A stretch of DNA of 64,000 nucleotides, from positions 1,581-65,580 of the forward strand of contig VEQT01000006.1 in assembly GCA_018883065.1 (NCBI GenBank). The letters are read 5' to 3'. The stretch is from Flavobacterium sp. GTDB taxonomy: Bacteria > Bacteroidota > Bacteroidia > Flavobacteriales > Flavobacteriaceae. Shown piece after piece: positions 58,822 through 64,000 of the stretch (positions are counted from its first letter, which is position 1; each line of letters starts with the position of its first letter). A program made the translations under genes and the position numbers. The notes beneath the pieces were generated by a model. It saw nothing but the letters and a program-made list of their open reading frames with translations. It was not told where the DNA came from and ran no database searches.

Positions 58822-60083
58822 TTTTCGGCTGCCTCTTTTTCTAAATCCAAGCTGCGGAAGCTAGGTGAAAAAATAGCTGTTCCTCCCACAATAAGCAGCG
58901 TCATGCATCCGCCAAAAACAACGGCTGGCACGGTGCCCATTAATCTAGCAGTAAAGCCACTTTCAAAGGCGCCCAATTCATTAGACGACCCCACAAAAAT
59001 AGAATTCACTGCCGAAACACGTCCGCGCATTGAATCGGGTGTATGCAACTGCAAAATGGTGTGGCGCAATACGACCGAAATGCCGTCAAAGGCGCCACTC
59101 AAAAACAAGGCAACGACCGAAACCCAAAAAATTGTAGAGAGGCCAAAAACAATAATACACAAGCCAAAAGCAAAAATGGCGCCCAACAATTTCATACCTG
59201 CCTTTCGATTGAGTGGAATATAAGCGGCAATCAACATGGTTACAAATGCGCCCACAGCCGGAGCAGCACGCAGCATCCCAAAACCAGTTGGCCCCACTTG
59301 TAAAATATCTTGTGCAAAAATGGGTAAAAGCGAAACAGCGCCGCCAAACAATACCGCAACCATATCCAAAGACAACGCACCCAAGATGGTCTTGTTTTGA
59401 AACACAAACAAGAGACCTTCACGTAAACTCTGAAAAATAGGTTCGCCAATTTTGGCATTCAAAACCGGTTGTTTTGGAATTTTTGACAATGCCCACAATG
59501 CCATAACCGAGCAAGAAAAAATAAAAATCATTGAGCCGTTTACTCCAATCCAATTGATAACTATTCCAGCTACAGCCGAGCCCAAAAAGAAAGCCATTTG
59601 CCACACCGAACTGCTCCAGGTAGCCGCGTTACTGTATAGGTTTTTGGGTACAATTGATCCCAAAAACGAAAACAAAGAAGGGCCAATAAAAGCCCGAACA
59701 ATACCGCCCACAAAAACCAAGGCATAAAACCCATACAAAATAGTACGCGCCGATAGCTGTTGGGCTACAATTTCCCAAGTGAGTAAAAAGAGGGCCAGTG
59801 TAATTGCTGAAAACCCAAGAATACATCGATATAAAATGCTTTTCTTTTCGTTTTGATCGACTATATGACCAGCAAACAAAGCCATACCAATAGCTGGAAT
59901 CACTTCCATGAGTCCAATCAATCCAAGTGACAACGGATCTTTGGTAAGGCTATACACTTGCCATTCAATCACAATAAATTGCATGGACCAAGCAAATACC
60001 ATAAAAAATCGCAGCGTCAAAAAATACTGAAACTGGGTATTGCGCAGCGCCGCATAGGGATCATTTACTGGACTCACTTTCAT
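58818..60083 (-). CDS. MFS transporter
   Basis: 12-TM pattern, AGHIVD, MRGRVSAVN. Confidence 0.92.
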   Translation of the reverse strand: MKVSPVNDPYAALRNTQFQYFLTLRFFMVFAWSMQFIVIEWQVYSLTKDPLSLGLIGLMEVIPAIGMALFAGHIVDQNEKKSILYRCILGFSAITLALFLLTWEIVAQQLSARTILYGFYALVFVGGIVRAFIGPSLFSFLGSIVPKNLYSNAATWSSSVWQMAFFLGSAVAGIVINWIGVNGSMIFIFSCSVMALWALSKIPKQPVLNAKIGEPIFQSLREGLLFVFQNKTILGALSLDMVAVLFGGAVSLLPIFAQDILQVGPTGFGMLRAAPAVGAFVTMLIAAYIPLNRKAGMKLLGAIFAFGLCIIVFGLSTIFWVSVVALFLSGAFDGISVVLRHTILQLHTPDSMRGRVSAVNSIFVGSSNELGAFESGFTARLMGTVPAVVFGGCMTLLIVGGTAIFSPSFRSLDLEKEAAEN

Positions 60084-61771
60084 GATTGTATATCTTTTAC
60101 ACGCAGTTGAATGCTCACCGTGCTGTTCCACTCATTTTCTTCTAAACAATAAACCGCGTCAAATGATTTTCGTTGACTCACCAGTGTAAGTTTATCGGCT
60201 AAACCAAAACCTATTGCACCAAAACGCTCTGAATTTCCTTGCACCACTTGTAGTTTGAGGTGTGTTTCGGTAGCACCTATTTTTTTGGCAAAGCCGGTAT
60301 CACGCATGTCCCTACTTAGAAAAATGGGGGCCAAGTTTTGAGGGCCAAACGGTTCAAACTGTTTTAAAATACGCATCAATTTGGGGGTAATTTGTGCCAA
60401 TTCAATCTCAGCATCAATTTCAATTTCGGGGGTTTCCATTTCGGTTGGCAAGGTAGATTGCACCACGTTTTCAAAGGCTAGCTTAAATGCTATATACTTT
60501 TCTGGTTTTAGACTCAGTCCGGCGGCATATTTATGTCCACCAAATTGCACCAAATGTTCGGCACAAGCCTCGAGCGCTTCATACACATCAAAGCCCGGAA
60601 CGGAGCGAGCCGAAGCTGCATAATATTCGCCGCTTTTGGTGAAAACCAAAGTAGGACGATGGTAGGTTTCGATGAGTCGAGAGGCCACAATACCGATTAC
60701 GCCTTTGTGCCAATTTTCTTGAAACACCACTGTAGTTGAGGCATTTTCTTCTTGATTTTGTACAATTTGCACCAAAGCTTCTTGCGTAATGGACTGATCC
60801 AATACTTTTCTGTCGGCATTGAATTGCTCGATTTCGGCTGCAAATTGTTGGGCTTGTTCAGTATCAAATTCACTGAGTAAAGCCACCGCATAATTGCCGT
60901 GTTTGATGCGCCCGGCTGCATTGATGCGCGGAGCCAAGGTGAAAACCACATCGCTTATGGTAAGGATTTTGTTTTTTACGTGTTGCAATAAGGCGCGAAT
61001 TCCAGGTCTTGGATTGCTATTCATAACGTGCAATCCCAAAAAAGCCAGCGCCCGATTTTCACCGGTCATGGGTACAATATCGGCGGCAATAGCCGTAGCC
61101 ACTAAATCCAAATAGGGTAGTAATTCTTCTACTTCCTGGTTTTGGTTTTGAGCCAAAGCTTGAATGAGTTTAAACCCAATGCCGCACCCGCAAAGTTCGT
61201 CGTAGGGATAGGAACAATCGGCACGTTTAGGGTCTAAAACCGCGACCGCTTTAGGTAATATTTCTCCCGGACGGTGGTGATCGCAAATAATAAAATCAAT
61301 GCCACGTTCCTGGGCATATTTCACATGGTCAATCGATTTGATGCCACAATCTAGGGCGATGATCAAGGTAAATTCATTATCAGCTGCAAAATCAATGCCT
61401 TGAAACGAAACGCCGTAGCCTTCAATATAGCGATCCGGAATATAGGTAGCTACTTGTGTAGTTCGGGTTTTTAAGTAGGCCGAGACCAAAGAAACTGCCG
61501 TGGTACCGTCTACGTCATAGTCGCCAAATACCAAGATTTTTTCTTGCTTGGCCAAAGCTAATTCAATCCGATTTACAGCTAAATCCATGTCTTTCATCAA
61601 AAACGGATCGTGTAAATCGGCAATCGAAGGCCTAAAAAATTGACGGGCTTGGTCAAAAGTGGTGATGCCGCGTTGCACCAATAAGGTGGCGGTGAGGGCA
61701 TCAATTTGTAAGGATTCTTGAAGGGCTTCAACGAGAAGCGGGTCGGGTTGTGGTTTAAAAGTCCAGCGCAT
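60080..61771 (-). CDS. recJ: ssDNA-specific exonuclease RecJ
   Basis: GDYDVDG, DCG, DHH, RINAAGR, GGHKYAAG. Confidence 0.97.
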   Translation of the reverse strand: MRWTFKPQPDPLLVEALQESLQIDALTATLLVQRGITTFDQARQFFRPSIADLHDPFLMKDMDLAVNRIELALAKQEKILVFGDYDVDGTTAVSLVSAYLKTRTTQVATYIPDRYIEGYGVSFQGIDFAADNEFTLIIALDCGIKSIDHVKYAQERGIDFIICDHHRPGEILPKAVAVLDPKRADCSYPYDELCGCGIGFKLIQALAQNQNQEVEELLPYLDLVATAIAADIVPMTGENRALAFLGLHVMNSNPRPGIRALLQHVKNKILTISDVVFTLAPRINAAGRIKHGNYAVALLSEFDTEQAQQFAAEIEQFNADRKVLDQSITQEALVQIVQNQEENASTTVVFQENWHKGVIGIVASRLIETYHRPTLVFTKSGEYYAASARSVPGFDVYEALEACAEHLVQFGGHKYAAGLSLKPEKYIAFKLAFENVVQSTLPTEMETPEIEIDAEIELAQITPKLMRILKQFEPFGPQNLAPIFLSRDMRDTGFAKKIGATETHLKLQVVQGNSERFGAIGFGLADKLTLVSQRKSFDAVYCLEENEWNSTVSIQLRVKDIQS

Positions 61772-61891
61772 ACGAAAGTTGTTTGGTGTATAAATTTATT
61801 TTTTGATGCTCAAATTTAATAAAAAAACACCGCGCTTTACTTTTTCCTATTTTTGTTTTTGGCAAACCAATAAGGGTTCCCGCTCCCACCT

Positions 61892-63514
61892 ATGCAAATC
61901 TTTGGACAAATTGTAGACATTCGCAATCGACGCGTTTTCTCGGGTATCGTTACTGTAACCGACGGAAAAATTGAATCGATTGAAGCCGCTGATCATCAGG
62001 AAACCCAATATATTCTTCCGGGTTTTATCGATGCCCACATTCACATCGAAAGTTCATTGTTGGTGCCTAGCGAATTTGCCCAGCTGGCAGTAGTGCACGG
62101 CACCGTAGGAACCATATCCGATCCGCACGAAATTGCCAATGTGTTGGGCGTAGCAGGAGTAAACTTCATGATTGAAAATGGAAAGCAAAGCCCCTTGAAA
62201 TTTCACTTTGGTGCGCCTTCTTGTGTGCCGGCAACCGGATTTGAAACGGCTGGTGCCGAAATCAATGCGGAAGCTATACGAGAATTAATGGACTCTCCCG
62301 ACATTTATTATTTGGCCGAAATGATGAATTACCCAGGCGTATTGTACGACGATTCCGAAGTAATGCAAAAATTACATTGGGCTAAACTTTCGGGCAAACC
62401 CCTTGATGGTCATGCGCCTGGCTTGCGCGGAGAAGCCATTAAAAAATATGTTCAAGCAGGAATCAGTACCGACCACGAATGTTTTACCTATGAAGAAGCA
62501 CTAGAGAAATTACAACTAGGTATGAAAGTGATTATTCGTGAAGGCAGCGCCGCCAAAAATTTTGAGGCCTTGATTGATTTGGCCCATGAACACTTTGAAA
62601 AAATGCTATTTTGCTCAGATGACAAACATCCCGACGATTTACTTTTGGGACACATCAACGATTTGTGCGCACGTGCGGTTGCTAAAGGAGTAGATGTATT
62701 TAAGGTGTTGCAAATGGCTTGTCTGAATCCGGTGACACATTACAAAATGGATGTGGGCACCTTGCAAATCAACGATCCTGCCGATTTTATCGTGGTAGAA
62801 GATTTGGTTCAATTCAAGGTAAAAGCAACCTATATCAATGGCAAAATCGCAGCACAAAACGGGCAAGCTAAACTGCCCAAAATTGCATTTGATACGCCCA
62901 ATAATTTCAACTGCCAAGCCAAAACCCCCGCTGATTTTGTGGTGAAAAGTTCGGCCAAAACTATTCGGGTTATTGAGGCACTCGAAGGGCAATTAATCAC
63001 CAACGAATTGCATGTGCCTGCCACGGTAAAAGCGGGTGAACTTTGTGCTGATCCAAAAAAAGATATCCTTAAACTAGCGGTAGTAAATCGCTATCAAGAG
63101 GCACCTGTAGCGGTGGCATTTATCAAAAATTTTGGCTTACAATCGGGCGCAATTGCCAGCTCGGTGGCCCACGATTGCCACAATATTGTTGCGGTGGGCG
63201 TAACTGACGAAGAGTTGTGTAGAGCGGTGAATTTACTCATTACCCAACAAGGCGGATTGTGTGCCGTTTCGGCCGAACAAGAATTGATATTGCCCTTGCC
63301 CATAGCCGGTATCATGAGTAACCAAAATGGCGTGGAAGTTGCGGCCAAATACCAGGAACTCGATGCGCTAGCCAAGAGCTTGGGAAGTACGTTAAAAGCA
63401 CCCTATATGACACTTTCGTTTATGGCTTTGTTGGTTATTCCCGATTTAAAACTATCGGATAAAGGCTTGTTTAGTGGTAATTCGTTTGCGTTTGTCGATT
63501 TGAATGTAGACTAA
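61892..63514 (+). CDS. ade: Adenine deaminase
   Basis: [44 protein letters not shown]. Confidence 0.95.
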   Translation: MQIFGQIVDIRNRRVFSGIVTVTDGKIESIEAADHQETQYILPGFIDAHIHIESSLLVPSEFAQLAVVHGTVGTISDPHEIANVLGVAGVNFMIENGKQSPLKFHFGAPSCVPATGFETAGAEINAEAIRELMDSPDIYYLAEMMNYPGVLYDDSEVMQKLHWAKLSGKPLDGHAPGLRGEAIKKYVQAGISTDHECFTYEEALEKLQLGMKVIIREGSAAKNFEALIDLAHEHFEKMLFCSDDKHPDDLLLGHINDLCARAVAKGVDVFKVLQMACLNPVTHYKMDVGTLQINDPADFIVVEDLVQFKVKATYINGKIAAQNGQAKLPKIAFDTPNNFNCQAKTPADFVVKSSAKTIRVIEALEGQLITNELHVPATVKAGELCADPKKDILKLAVVNRYQEAPVAVAFIKNFGLQSGAIASSVAHDCHNIVAVGVTDEELCRAVNLLITQQGGLCAVSAEQELILPLPIAGIMSNQNGVEVAAKYQELDALAKSLGSTLKAPYMTLSFMALLVIPDLKLSDKGLFSGNSFAFVDLNVD

Positions 63515-64000
63515 GATTCAGCTGATTTTTTGGCTTCTTTGGTTTGGGGTTTTCCACCCACCACCACCACAATTTCTCCTTTGGGTGGTTTCGCTTCAAA
63601 ATGCTGCAGGACCTGAGCAGCTGTTCCGCGTACATTTTCTTCATGGAGTTTAGACAATTCGCGGGCCACACTCAGCGGTCGATCGGCTCCAAAATACTGA
63701 ACAAATTCGGCTAAAGTTTTGACTAATTTGTGCGGAGAAACATAAAAAATCATGGTTCGGGTTTCGTCGGCCAATTGCAAAAAACGCGTTTGTCTTCCCT
63801 TTTTTTCAGGTAAAAATCCTTCAAACACAAATTTATCATTGGGCAAACCGCTGTTCACCAAAGCAGGTACAAAGGCCGTAGCGCCGGGCAAACATTCTAC
63901 TGGAATTTGGTTTTCGATACAAGCTCTAGTGAGTAAAAATCCCGGATCTGAAATAGCGGGTGTACCGGCATCGGAGATTAAGGCAATGGTTTCGCCGGCT
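63511..64000 (-). CDS. rsmI: 16S rRNA C1402 2'-O-methyltransferase (5' end beyond the window)
   Basis: [44 protein letters not shown]. Confidence 0.96.
   Translation of the reverse strand, partial: AGETIALISDAGTPAISDPGFLLTRACIENQIPVECLPGATAFVPALVNSGLPNDKFVFEGFLPEKKGRQTRFLQLADETRTMIFYVSPHKLVKTLAEFVQYFGADRPLSVARELSKLHEENVRGTAAQVLQHFEAKPPKGEIVVVVGGKPQTKEAKKSAES

Noticed and set aside
408-63375. The many 60-180 aa antisense or nested ORFs in the track (e.g. 37548-38093, 25179-25442, 58903-59223)
   Set aside because: Shadow frames of well-supported genes with no motifs or independent expression signals
1-64000. IS element or anti-phage defence island
   Set aside because: No transposase, recombinase, restriction-modification, toxin-antitoxin or defence signature recognised; dgt looks like the housekeeping dGTPase next to nrdA

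Overview
A 64-kb, mostly core-genome window from a Flavobacterium-like Bacteroidota. The evidence is gldD, T9SS C-terminal-domain cargo, TAnnTTTG promoters, a Bacteroidota bS22 and a lack of Shine-Dalgarno motifs. It holds about 60 CDS (including greA, arfB, pnuC, ahcY, rplU/rpmA, gldD, ssb, mutY, HU, RNase E/G, dxs, dgt, nrdAB, fbp, lysC, queD, lpxH, recJ, ade, rsmI), one tRNA-Ala(GGC), one TPP riboswitch and a 30-aa ribosomal protein gene missing from the ORF track. I found no transposase, integrase, prophage or CRISPR array. Four things stand out. (1) Shuffled modular intergenic repeats sit at three convergent 3'-end junctions (about 16.85-17.33 kb, 42.9-43.2 kb, 53.5-54.1 kb). (2) A cysteine/heme-rich envelope cluster (secreted Omp28-CxxC, diheme cytochrome lipoprotein, DUF6029 barrel with a Cys pair, TlpA, Omp28 lipoprotein) may be a trans-envelope thiol-redox system. 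(3) A NadR-kinase/DUF4301 fusion behind PnuC carries UDP-sugar-pyrophosphorylase-like motifs. (4) A 1137-aa uncharacterised outer-membrane protein has a SprA-like motif. Family names come from motif recognition and memory; no database was searched.
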